In this document: positions 1 through 8,720 of the stretch, piece after piece | How the letters are laid out: every line of letters starts with the position of its first letter | How positions within the stretch are numbered: the stretch's first letter is position 1 | Source of the DNA: Deltaproteobacteria bacterium | GTDB lineage: Bacteria; Desulfobacterota; Syntrophia; Syntrophales; UBA6807 | DNA: 64,000 nucleotides | Assembly: GCA_016935565.1 (NCBI GenBank) | Contig: JAFGQS010000144.1 | Coordinates: 10,966-74,965, forward strand | Reading direction: 5' to 3' | Translations under genes and position numbers: made by a program | Notes under the pieces: generated by a model | What the model saw: only the letters and a program-made list of their open reading frames with translations | What the model was told of the DNA's origin: nothing | Databases searched by the model: none

Positions 1-2
1 GC

Positions 3-662
3 ATGACGGCGGAGCAGCGGCTGCTGCCCATTTCGACATTCAAGCCTGAGCTGGGCTCGTTCAATGCCGGGTCGGTGAATTTTGCCCTGTTCCACGCCCT
101 CGAGCGGTACAAGGAGTTCAAATTTGAATGGGAGGCGCAGTACCTGGGCTTCACGGAGGATTTTATTTTTCCGAACACCTTTAAGACGATGAAGCAGTTT
201 TCGCGGATTTTCGGTGAGAACGATACGAAGCCGGAGTTTGAGGTGTACGATTCGGGAATGATCAACAACGTGGCATTTTTGATCAGCCGGGGCTACGTGA
301 AGACGCCGGTGTATATTCAGTTTGTCATGGGAGTCCTGGGGGGTATTACCCCGAGTTCGAAGAATCTGTTGAACCTGGTTGAATATGCGAAGGAATTGAT
401 TGGTGATTTTGAGTTTTCCGTGTGTGTTGCCGGCCGTGATCAATTTGCCATGTGCACGCAGGCGTTGCTTCTGGGAGGCAATGTTCGTGTGGGCCTGGAG
501 GACAATCTCTATGTGGAGAAGGGGGTCATGGCAAAGAGCAACGCGGAGCAGGTGGCGAAGATCATCCGGATTGCCCGGGAGCTGGGCGTCGAGCCTGCAA
601 CACCTGACGAGGCACGGCAGATCCTCGGTCTGAAGGGGCTGGATAAAGTGAATTTCTCATGA
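3..662 (+). CDS. Beta-keto acid cleavage enzyme (BKACE / 3-keto-5-aminohexanoate cleavage family), 5'-truncated by the window edge
   Basis: PELGSFNAGSVN, KPEFEVYD, GGNVRVGLEDNLY, SNAEQV and PATPDEARQILGL are BKACE motifs; the N-terminal HxH region lies outside the window. Confidence 0.9.
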   Translation: MTAEQRLLPISTFKPELGSFNAGSVNFALFHALERYKEFKFEWEAQYLGFTEDFIFPNTFKTMKQFSRIFGENDTKPEFEVYDSGMINNVAFLISRGYVKTPVYIQFVMGVLGGITPSSKNLLNLVEYAKELIGDFEFSVCVAGRDQFAMCTQALLLGGNVRVGLEDNLYVEKGVMAKSNAEQVAKIIRIARELGVEPATPDEARQILGLKGLDKVNFS

Positions 663-701
663 GATTTTTACAACGGGAATGAATGACAAAAGGAGGAAAT
701 A

Positions 702-1862
702 ATGGATTTCACCCTGAGTGATCAACACAGGATGTTACAGGACAGTGTTCGGAGATTTGCCGAAAAAGAAATCTGGCCGATTGCCGAAGAGATCGATGAA
801 AAAGATGAGTGGCCCGAGGGAATGTGGCAAAAACTGGGTGAACTGGGCGTTATGGGGATTACTGCTGATGTTGAGTATGGCGGCGCAGGGGCGGACCTGT
901 TGTCCGCCATCCTCGTTCTTCAGGAGTTGTCAAAGGCGAGTCCGTCCGTTGCCCTTTCCTGGGGTGCCCATGCGAATCTCTGTGTCAACAATTTGAACCG
1001 TAACGCAAATACGACACAGAAGGAGACGTATCTTCCCCCGCTGTGCTTGGGTGAACACATCGGAGCTCTGGGACTGACAGAGCCCGATGCGGGGTCAGAT
1101 GCCGTCAATATCCAGACTGTGGCGGTAAGGGATGGAGATCGTTATATTGTCAATGGGACGAAGATGTTTATAACGAACGGTTCGGTGGCGAACACTATTG
1201 TGCTCTATACAAAGACGGACAAAGAAAAAAAGGCCCGTGGTATTACGGCTTTCATCCTGGATACGGCATTCCCGGGATTTTCAGTTTCGAAAAAGTTAAA
1301 AAAGTATGGCCACAGAGGCTCTCCGACGGCTGAACTGATTCTTGAAGACTGTGTCATTCCTGCGGAGAATGTACTCGGAGAAGAAAATAAGGGAATCGAC
1401 GTGTTAATGTCGGGGTTAGACGTCGAACGTGCCTTTTATGCCGGTGAATCTCTCGGAATTGCAGAAGCCTGCCTCGCATTGTCTCTGAAGTACGCCCGTG
1501 AGAGGGTTCAGTTTGGAAAACCGATTGGGTCATTTCAGTTGGTACAGGCAAAATTGGCCGATATGTACACACAGATCGAGGCGGGGAGAATGCTCTGTTA
1601 CCGGGCTGCAATCATGGCCGATGCCGCGGAAAGAGGCGGCAAGGGAGCAGAGATCCACAAACTTTCTTCGGCGTCGATACTCTACAATGGTGAAATGGCC
1701 GTGAGGGTTGCCGATCAGGCGGTCCAGATCCATGGAGGGTACGGATACATGCTCGAATATCCGGTTCAGCGGTTTTTACGGGATGCCAAATTAATAGAGA
1801 TTGGTGCAGGAACATCGGAAATCAGGCGTCTGATTATAGCGAGGGAATTAATGGGAGCATAG
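702..1862 (+). CDS. Acyl-CoA dehydrogenase, isovaleryl-CoA dehydrogenase-like
   Basis: GALGLTEPDAGSD, NGTKMFITNG, ERVQFGKPIG, QIHGGYGY, RDAKLIEIGAGTSEIRR; LSWGAHANLCVNNL and MSGLDVER resemble the IVD subgroup; RBS aggagg. Confidence 0.9.
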   Translation: MDFTLSDQHRMLQDSVRRFAEKEIWPIAEEIDEKDEWPEGMWQKLGELGVMGITADVEYGGAGADLLSAILVLQELSKASPSVALSWGAHANLCVNNLNRNANTTQKETYLPPLCLGEHIGALGLTEPDAGSDAVNIQTVAVRDGDRYIVNGTKMFITNGSVANTIVLYTKTDKEKKARGITAFILDTAFPGFSVSKKLKKYGHRGSPTAELILEDCVIPAENVLGEENKGIDVLMSGLDVERAFYAGESLGIAEACLALSLKYARERVQFGKPIGSFQLVQAKLADMYTQIEAGRMLCYRAAIMADAAERGGKGAEIHKLSSASILYNGEMAVRVADQAVQIHGGYGYMLEYPVQRFLRDAKLIEIGAGTSEIRRLIIARELMGA

Positions 1863-1931
1863 TATCCCCCCCCATGCACGATGCAAGGCAGCAAATCAAT
1901 ATGGTGAGGCGAATGAAAAAGGAGTGATGCA

Positions 1932-2402
1932 ATGGGGAAAGATTACGAATATCTCGATGACTATACGGTCGGTGAAAAAATGCTGTCACCTGCACGGACA
2001 ATTACCGAGGCGGACATCGTCAATTTTGCGGGATTCACCGGAGATTGGCATCCCCTTCATACCGATGTGGTCTACGCGTCCACGACACCCTTTAAAGAGA
2101 GGATTACCCATGGAATGATCACCCTGAATATCGGTATGGCGCTGCCATTTCGTTTGGGACCCTATTCCAGTTACCTGCCGAAGTCCTTTATCGCCTTCTA
2201 CGGAATGGACAAGGTTCGTTTTATCGCGCCGACCAGGATCGGAGACACCATACATTGTGAAGTTGAAGTCGTTGAAATTAAGGATAAAAATAAGAAAAGA
2301 GGTGTGCTGACAACACGGCAATCTGTCAAAAACCAGAATGGGGAACTACTGGTTACATATATTATCAGGGTGTTATGCGGGAAAAGACCCGAGTCTTTAT
2401 AA
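1932..2402 (+). CDS. MaoC-family (R)-specific enoyl-CoA hydratase (hot-dog fold)
   Basis: RTITEADIVNFAGFTGDWHPLHTD hydratase motif (D-x4-H); RITHGMIT; VRFIAPTRIGDTI. Confidence 0.88.
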   Translation: MGKDYEYLDDYTVGEKMLSPARTITEADIVNFAGFTGDWHPLHTDVVYASTTPFKERITHGMITLNIGMALPFRLGPYSSYLPKSFIAFYGMDKVRFIAPTRIGDTIHCEVEVVEIKDKNKKRGVLTTRQSVKNQNGELLVTYIIRVLCGKRPESL

Positions 2403-2595
2403 CTGAAAAAGAGGTCATAATAACCATTATAACGTAAAAAATGAAAATGGAGATTCTGCTGTGAAAGAACTAAAAATTGAAGAGATTGTCATGAAGGCGA
2501 GAATGGGAAACAAACGTGTGGTAAAACGGTATGAGCAAATATCCTTGTTAGACATTCAGGAAGATGGATAACGAGTACTATAAGGAGGTGTCTGT

Positions 2596-3732
2596 ATGCG
2601 AAGGGTAGCCATAGCTTCGATGGCACAAAGTTCCGGGGGTGAGTCGAGAGACAGCTTGATGGATTTCACATTCCGTGTGGCGAAGGAAGCTCTCGACAAG
2701 GCCGGGATGACAAGAGACGAAGTCGGCTGTATTATGATTGGTTCCTCTGACATTTTTCATAGCGGCTTGTCGTGTTCCAATTCGTTTGATTGGGACGGTA
2801 CCGGGGCCTTTTTGAAGGAGGGTTCACGGGCGGAAGAATCGATTTTCGCTTTTATTTACGCCTGTATGCGTATCATGTCAGGTCAGTTCGACACGGTGTT
2901 AGTGACATCACTGGTCAAGGGGTCGGAGAATCCGGACAACGATGCGTGCACCAGCTTCTTCGCCGATCCCTTTTATCTGCGTCCCGTAGGCATGAATGAA
3001 ACCACGGCGGCGGCCATGCAGATGAGAGAGTATATGTGGCGTTATAGCATTACGGAGGAGCAATGTGCCAAGGTGGTGGAGAAAAATCTCGGTAATGCCC
3101 TCTACAATCCGTATGCCCACATCAAGAAGAAGGTGACCATTGACGACGTTCTCAGTTCACCGACCATCAGTGATCCCTTGAAGGTCCTGGAATGTGCCCC
3201 GAAATCCGATGGTGTCGTGTCCGTGCTTCTGGCATCGGAGGAGAAAGTGGGTGAGCTGACGAACCGGCCGGTCTGGTTAAAAGGGTATGGATGTTCCATT
3301 GATCATTTTTATCCCGGGGACAGAGACTTGCTGGACGGTGAGTTAAAAACAGCGGCAGCGGCGGCGTACAAGATGGCCGGCATCACTGACCCGAAAAAAG
3401 AAATCGATGTTGCGGAAATCTGCGAGCCCTATGCATTTCAGGAGCTTCTCTGGTGTGAACAGTTGGGTTTGTGCGGTGAAGGTGAAGGGGGCACGCTCAT
3501 CGACAGCGGCGTGACCCGAATGAACGGAACCCTGCCGGTCAATCCATCTGGTGGTGTCCTGGCCATGAATCCCTATGTCTCGAGAGGTCTGTACCGCATT
3601 GTTGAGGCAGCCCTGCAGATTCGCGGGAGAGCAGGAGAGCACCAAGTAGATAAAGACGTCAAAACGGCGTTGGCACATGGGACCCAGGGATTTGCCGGGC
3701 AATGTCATTCGGTCGTTATTTTAGAAGGTTAG
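2596..3732 (+). CDS. Thiolase-fold protein, SCP2-thiolase/Ltp4-like, without the canonical catalytic Cys and His
   Basis: ECAPKSDGVV, DVAEICEPYAFQEL, VNPSGGVLAMNP, ALAHG; no ACASG/GHP thiolase catalytic motifs. Confidence 0.8.
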   Translation: MRRVAIASMAQSSGGESRDSLMDFTFRVAKEALDKAGMTRDEVGCIMIGSSDIFHSGLSCSNSFDWDGTGAFLKEGSRAEESIFAFIYACMRIMSGQFDTVLVTSLVKGSENPDNDACTSFFADPFYLRPVGMNETTAAAMQMREYMWRYSITEEQCAKVVEKNLGNALYNPYAHIKKKVTIDDVLSSPTISDPLKVLECAPKSDGVVSVLLASEEKVGELTNRPVWLKGYGCSIDHFYPGDRDLLDGELKTAAAAAYKMAGITDPKKEIDVAEICEPYAFQELLWCEQLGLCGEGEGGTLIDSGVTRMNGTLPVNPSGGVLAMNPYVSRGLYRIVEAALQIRGRAGEHQVDKDVKTALAHGTQGFAGQCHSVVILEG

Positions 3733-3744
3733 GAGGGAGTGACG

Positions 3745-4911
3745 ATGGGTAAACCAGTAGCGATAATAGGAACGGGACAGACGAACCATGGGAGAAGACG
3801 GGACGTCAGTTATCCGGAGCTTGTGAGAGAGGCTGTGGTGGCAGCATTTGAAGATGCGGGAATTACGCCTCAGGATATCGATGGTGTTGTGTCGGGGACC
3901 ATGCCGTCAATGATGGAAGGAATATCGTTGACCCATTTTTATTTTGCCGATGCCCTGTGTCAGGTGGGAAAACCGATACTGAAGGTGGAAACCTGCGGAA
4001 GTACCGGGCAGTCGTTGGGTCACTGCGGCTACTATTGGGTTGCCTCGGGGATGGGCGATATCGTGCTCGTTGTGGGCCATGAAAAGATGCACGAAGGAGA
4101 CAGCCAGGCGACGATGACCACCGTCTTTGATCCTTTCTTCCAGCAGACGTTTGCTGCCGGAGCTCCGGGAATCTTCACGATGCAGTGCATGGAGTGGATG
4201 TACCGGTTTAATATTGATGAACAGAAAGCCCGGGAAGCTGCGGCGCTGGTGTCGGTGAGCAATCACGACAATGCCTTCGATAATCCTTACGCTCATATTA
4301 AGATACGGGTGACGGTCGATGACGTCAAGAGTGCAAAGGTTATCACCTACCCCGTTCGCCTTCTGGATGTATGTCCGAACTCAGATGGAGCCTGTGCCGT
4401 GATTTTCGCCTCCGAGGAGAAGGCGAAGAAAATATGTAAGAAACCGGCCTGGATTAAGGGTATGGGGTTCCGCGGAGAAGAGTTTTTCTTCGGTGAAAGT
4501 GACAAGTCGGTTTGGCCGAGTGCAACGGAAGCGGCGAAAGAAGCGTACAATATGGCCGGCATTCGGGATCCTTTGAAGGAACTGGATGTCGCGGAGGTAT
4601 ACAATCCGTTTACGTATCAGGAAATGATTTTTTATGAGTGTTTCGGATTCTGTCCTCGGGGAGAGGGTCCCGACTATGTGTTGAAAGGCACGTTCAAGAA
4701 GGGGGGCAAGCTTCCCTGTGATCCCTCGGGCGGTACCTTGTGTACCAATCCTATCGGTGCGACGGGTCTCATACGGTTAGCTGAATCTGTGCTCCAAGTG
4801 ACGGGCAAAGCAGGTGATCGCCAGGTTGAGGGTGCAAAGCTTGCCCTGTCCCACGCAATGGGGGGAACCGATCAGTTTAATGGTATTACTATTGTATCGT
4901 CTGAGCTGTAA
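3745..4911 (+). CDS. Thiolase-fold protein, Ltp3-like putative retro-aldolase
   Basis: KVETCGSTG, CPNSDGACA, AEVYNPFTYQE, PSGGTLCTNPIGATG, ALSHAMGG; the ORF track starts at GTG 3739, but ATG 3745 fits RBS aggagg better. Confidence 0.8.
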   Translation: MGKPVAIIGTGQTNHGRRRDVSYPELVREAVVAAFEDAGITPQDIDGVVSGTMPSMMEGISLTHFYFADALCQVGKPILKVETCGSTGQSLGHCGYYWVASGMGDIVLVVGHEKMHEGDSQATMTTVFDPFFQQTFAAGAPGIFTMQCMEWMYRFNIDEQKAREAAALVSVSNHDNAFDNPYAHIKIRVTVDDVKSAKVITYPVRLLDVCPNSDGACAVIFASEEKAKKICKKPAWIKGMGFRGEEFFFGESDKSVWPSATEAAKEAYNMAGIRDPLKELDVAEVYNPFTYQEMIFYECFGFCPRGEGPDYVLKGTFKKGGKLPCDPSGGTLCTNPIGATGLIRLAESVLQVTGKAGDRQVEGAKLALSHAMGGTDQFNGITIVSSEL

Positions 4912-4956
4912 GAATGCCGTGACATAAAGCGATTGTACACGAAGGAGGATTGAATA

Positions 4957-5424
4957 ATGGCGAAAGAAGAACCGAGAGAATTCAAGGCTGAAGTGGTCGT
5001 TCCCTATGAGTTGGCGGTTGGCCGCACGTGGACCACGTTCTACGATACCTTGAAGGAGGAAAAGATACTGGGAACAAAATGCAGGAAGTGCGGAAGGGTT
5101 TTTGTTCCCCCGAGGACATTCTGCCCGCGGTGTTTTGAAGAAATGGATGAATGGGTTGAGGTTGCGCAGGAAGGTGTTGTCGAGACCTGGGCCCTGATCA
5201 ACATGCCGTTTTACGGGCAGCAACTCGAGATTCCTTTTGTATCGGCACAGATTCGTCTGGACGGCAGTGACACGGGATTCACTCACCGCATCGGGGGATT
5301 TGATCTTAAAGATTTTGAGACGGTACGGACGAGAGTAAAACTGGGCAGTCGCGTAAGGACCGTGTGGAGTAAGGAGAAGAAGGGGGGAATCCTTGATATT
5401 GACTACTTTGAGCCCGTGAAATGA
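4957..5424 (+). CDS. DUF35-family Zn-ribbon/OB-fold protein (acyl-CoA-binding partner of thiolase-fold enzymes)
   Basis: GTKCRKC...PPRTFCPRC Zn ribbon, then OB fold (GVVETW, IRLDG, GSRVRTVW). Confidence 0.88.
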   Translation: MAKEEPREFKAEVVVPYELAVGRTWTTFYDTLKEEKILGTKCRKCGRVFVPPRTFCPRCFEEMDEWVEVAQEGVVETWALINMPFYGQQLEIPFVSAQIRLDGSDTGFTHRIGGFDLKDFETVRTRVKLGSRVRTVWSKEKKGGILDIDYFEPVK

Positions 5425-5465
5425 TTTGTCGAGCGATGCGATTACGGATAAGGGAGGACGATGAT

Positions 5466-5930
5466 ATGTCGAAAGAGTATCGAACCATACGGAACGACGT
5501 TTCGTTACCATATAGATGGTCGTTGGGCCCGGTATGGACCCGATTTTTTGATGGATTAAAGGATGAAAAGATTTACGGCACGAAATGTACGCAGTGCTGC
5601 AAGGTCCTAGCTCCGGCAAGGCCATTTTGCCCCGGCTGCTTCGGGGCGATGACAGAGTGGATTGAGGTTGGCCAGGAAGGAACGGTGACGTCATGGACGC
5701 TCGTGAAAAACAGATATTACGGACAGATTAAGGAGCCGCCGTATATCATGGCGTTGATCCTGCTCGACGGGACCGATTGCGGTTTCAGCCACTTTATCGG
5801 TGGGATCGAGATGACTGATGTCGAAGAGGTCAAAAAGAAGGTAGCTGTCGGCACACGGGTAAGGGCAAAATGGAGTCAGGACAAAAACGCCACTATTTAT
5901 GATATTGCCTATTTTGAACCTGTCGGTTAA
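5466..5930 (+). CDS. Second DUF35-family Zn-ribbon/OB-fold protein
   Basis: GTKCTQC...RPFCPGC, GTVTSWT, ILLDG; paralogous to 4957..5424; ATG 5466 downstream of ggagg preferred over ORF start 5421. Confidence 0.88.
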   Translation: MSKEYRTIRNDVSLPYRWSLGPVWTRFFDGLKDEKIYGTKCTQCCKVLAPARPFCPGCFGAMTEWIEVGQEGTVTSWTLVKNRYYGQIKEPPYIMALILLDGTDCGFSHFIGGIEMTDVEEVKKKVAVGTRVRAKWSQDKNATIYDIAYFEPVG

Positions 5931-6401
5931 AGTGTGTCAAGTCGGATAGTGCCGATATCCCCGTCATGCGGGAATGTTGGCACCGTCTCATACGTGACAA
6001 TCGTATGTCGTATCTGTCAGTCGGCAATGTATGTCACTTTTCGAAACGAAGACATGATCTTGTATGGAGTTCATAGATGAGAATGGTAGACCTGAGAGTA
6101 ATCGAAAAAAGTTTGAACCGCGGATTCTCTATGGCCTCCCTTTTTCTGTCCCTTAAATGCAGGCAAAGACGTGAGAATGACGACTCGTGGGTTGGTGCTG
6201 TTTCAAGGGACTTTAAAACGTCAAAGAGGGAGCTGGCTCATTGATTAACATTGTCAGCTATTATTGAGTTTTTACTTTTTCACGTCCGACGTTTTCGAGA
6301 GCTTACGTTGTTGAAGCATGATTATTCCTTTGCGTGTATCAGCCTGATAGTAACCGCATATACTGCTGTAAGCACAATCACATAAAACATGGGGTTAACA
6401 G

Positions 6402-6788
6402 ATGCAGATTGTGACCGCTGCCGTAATGGAAAAAGACGGGAAAATTTTGATAGCCCAGCGACGCAGAGGAGACCACCAGCAGTACAAATGGGAACTGCCT
6501 GGCGGCAAGCTGGAATCTCATGAAACTCCAGAAGAGTGTCTGCGAAGAGAACTTCGGGAAGAGTTCGGTATAGAGACTGAGATTGGAGAATTCTTAGGAT
6601 CAAGTGATTGTCACTACCGTCATACATCCATACGGCTGATGGCGTTCAGGGCATACCATATTTCGGGTGAATTGAACGTCCTGGATCATGAAACAATAAA
6701 ATGGGTAGTACCCTCGGAACTGGTCAATTTTGATTTCTCCGAACCGGACAAACCCATTATTCAACTGTTGACAGGAATAAAGAAGTAA
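6402..6788 (+). CDS. NUDIX hydrolase, MutT/NudG-like
   Basis: WELPGGKLESHETPEECLRRELREEFGI Nudix box. Confidence 0.88.
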   Translation: MQIVTAAVMEKDGKILIAQRRRGDHQQYKWELPGGKLESHETPEECLRRELREEFGIETEIGEFLGSSDCHYRHTSIRLMAFRAYHISGELNVLDHETIKWVVPSELVNFDFSEPDKPIIQLLTGIKK

Positions 6789-6816
6789 TCATTTGATTGT
6801 ATTGACGCGACTGCTT

Positions 6817-7215
6817 TTATTGTGAAAGATAATCGAGGATATCAAAAAAAGCCTTCTTTTCTATTGTTTTCACCCCATTGCGAAATCCTCTACAGATCAC
6901 TTCTTCTTGAATAATATTCCTCCGGGGAAATGATTCAAGGCTGATATAGTCCCCTTGAAAGACGGGAACAATTCCCGATTCTCGACACTTTTTTTCCAGC
7001 TTTTCCTTTTCCCGTATCATTACTTTGTAGACATCGATACTGTCATAGACTGTTTTGTAGCCCATTGTTCGATTGACGGTGAACCTTCGTTCATATGAAT
7101 GAGTTCCCGCCGGTAAATCTCTCAGAACACGAGGGAGGCCATGATGTAAGGCAATTGCTCTTCCTTTTTCTTTTTGTTCCGGTGTTACCCTGTAGTTGCG
7201 TTCAAAAAGTCTCAT
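6817..7215 (-). CDS. Hypothetical protein
   Basis: 132-aa ORF filling the gap between convergent/tandem genes; no recognised motif. Confidence 0.55.
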   Translation of the reverse strand: MRLFERNYRVTPEQKEKGRAIALHHGLPRVLRDLPAGTHSYERRFTVNRTMGYKTVYDSIDVYKVMIREKEKLEKKCRESGIVPVFQGDYISLESFPRRNIIQEEVICRGFRNGVKTIEKKAFFDILDYLSQ

Positions 7216-7325
7216 TATGATTTTGTTCAGTGTAATAATAAGACGTGGCCTTCATGGATGCCGTAACCGTCATATGACTGCACTCGTTAATAACCCTTCC
7301 TTCGGAAGCATCCAATGACAACTAT

Positions 7326-8117
7326 TCAGGTTTTTCCGCTCTTATGTACTGACGTCCACTCAAGCGTTGCCATGTATGGAAAATGATCCGAAGGGTACCG
7401 ACCGGCACTATGATCCACTATGATATGCCCTTCTGTAACTCGAAAATGAGAACTGATTAAGATCCAGTCCATTCGGGTTTTTTGAGGAATTCCCTGGAAT
7501 CCATGATATGTGAAGCTGTTATCATCTTCTTTATGCCCCAAAATCTGCCAGGTATCCCGGAGACCCGTTTTCGGTGCTATCAATACCTGATGTACCGTAG
7601 AGTCGGGACTGTCGTTGAAATCTCCCATAATAACTATTGGACCTGACTCACGTTGAAGCCAGGCAGCAATAATTTTCCCCTGTTCGTAACGAGCCCGGTT
7701 ACCGATATGGTCCAGATGCGTAACAGCAACACATAGTACCCGGTTTGTTGTTACTGTTCTCAGTTTTGCATAGCTGATCAGTCTCGGAAAAGCACTATCC
7801 CAATCCATGCTTCGATGCACTTCAGGGGTTTTCGAAAGCCAGAATTCTGCACCTCCTGCCACCTCAAATTCATCCTTGCGAACAAAGAGTGTCGGGTACT
7901 GACACGTATCATCAAATACTCGCTGGGGAGTATGAAAATAATAATCAGGGAGATGATCCTGAAGATAATCGAGCTGTGAACACGTGCCCTCCTGAGTTCC
8001 AAGTATGGAAGGCGAATATTGTTTGATACTATCGATTACCATTTCACGCCGGAGTGACCACGCATTAGGCCCATCCCGGTCGTTTTCGAAGCGAATATTA
8101 AAGGTCATGACTCGCAT
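7326..8117 (-). CDS. Endonuclease/exonuclease/phosphatase (EEP) family protein
   Basis: MTFNIR, LGTQE, THLDH, MGDFN, RMDWIL, YPSDHFP. Confidence 0.9.
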   Translation of the reverse strand: MRVMTFNIRFENDRDGPNAWSLRREMVIDSIKQYSPSILGTQEGTCSQLDYLQDHLPDYYFHTPQRVFDDTCQYPTLFVRKDEFEVAGGAEFWLSKTPEVHRSMDWDSAFPRLISYAKLRTVTTNRVLCVAVTHLDHIGNRARYEQGKIIAAWLQRESGPIVIMGDFNDSPDSTVHQVLIAPKTGLRDTWQILGHKEDDNSFTYHGFQGIPQKTRMDWILISSHFRVTEGHIIVDHSAGRYPSDHFPYMATLEWTSVHKSGKT

Positions 8118-8251
8118 ACTAACTTAATCACTCCCCGATAAAGATTTGCTGACGACTTCATATAGTATCCGGGTAATAGTGTAAAGTTGTCGGATCATGA
8201 GAATGTATTTTCTTGATACGCTTCCATATCATTTTCTCTGTCTTTATCATT

Positions 8252-8476
8252 TCACCGTTCCTCTTTGGGTGTGAATAACTGGCATTCAATGCCGGAGCTG
8301 CTCCATGTAACGGTGGATGGTAATTGACGGGATTTAAAGCCCATGGCTCGGCATCCATAAGGAAACAACGGTTCATGAGTAATATAAAAGTGCGAGCACC
8401 GCGCACAGTTCACGCTCGAGGTTTGTGAATGTCTGTTCCCAGAATTACTTTCAGATTTTTTATATGAGCTTGTCAT
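8252..8476 (-). CDS. Small conserved Cys-rich protein of unknown function
   Basis: NCARCSHFYITH..FPYGCRAMGFKSRQLP..SSGIECQLF pattern; aaggtg upstream. Confidence 0.7.
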   Translation of the reverse strand: MTSSYKKSESNSGNRHSQTSSVNCARCSHFYITHEPLFPYGCRAMGFKSRQLPSTVTWSSSGIECQLFTPKEER

Positions 8477-8720
8477 GTTTCATTATTCACCTTGTAAAAT
8501 GATCTACCGGAAAGGTTTAAAAAAGTAATACCAAACCATGTCACATTATGACGTATAATATCTAACATTGTATGATGATGTAAAACATTATATTACGTTT
8601 TTTCCCTTGCACAATTGTTAAATTACGGTCATATCGAACGAAAGGTTTTTACCTTTTTTGCATTTCCATAATTATGTTTATATCACCATCATGAAGCATC
8701 GTGGATGATAGGAGTAATAC

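Noticed and set aside
2596-4911. Calling the two genes ordinary acetyl-CoA acetyltransferases
   Set aside because: Canonical thiolase catalytic motifs are missing or altered; the Ltp3/Ltp4 pattern fits better
4777-5694. 305-aa minus-strand ORF
   Set aside because: Antisense shadow of the thiolase-like and DUF35 genes; no recognisable motifs
5985-6040. Clustered TGTCA/GTATG words and a catacg-N7-cgtatg palindrome after operon A
   Set aside because: Short and without consistent spacing; not distinguishable from chance without statistics
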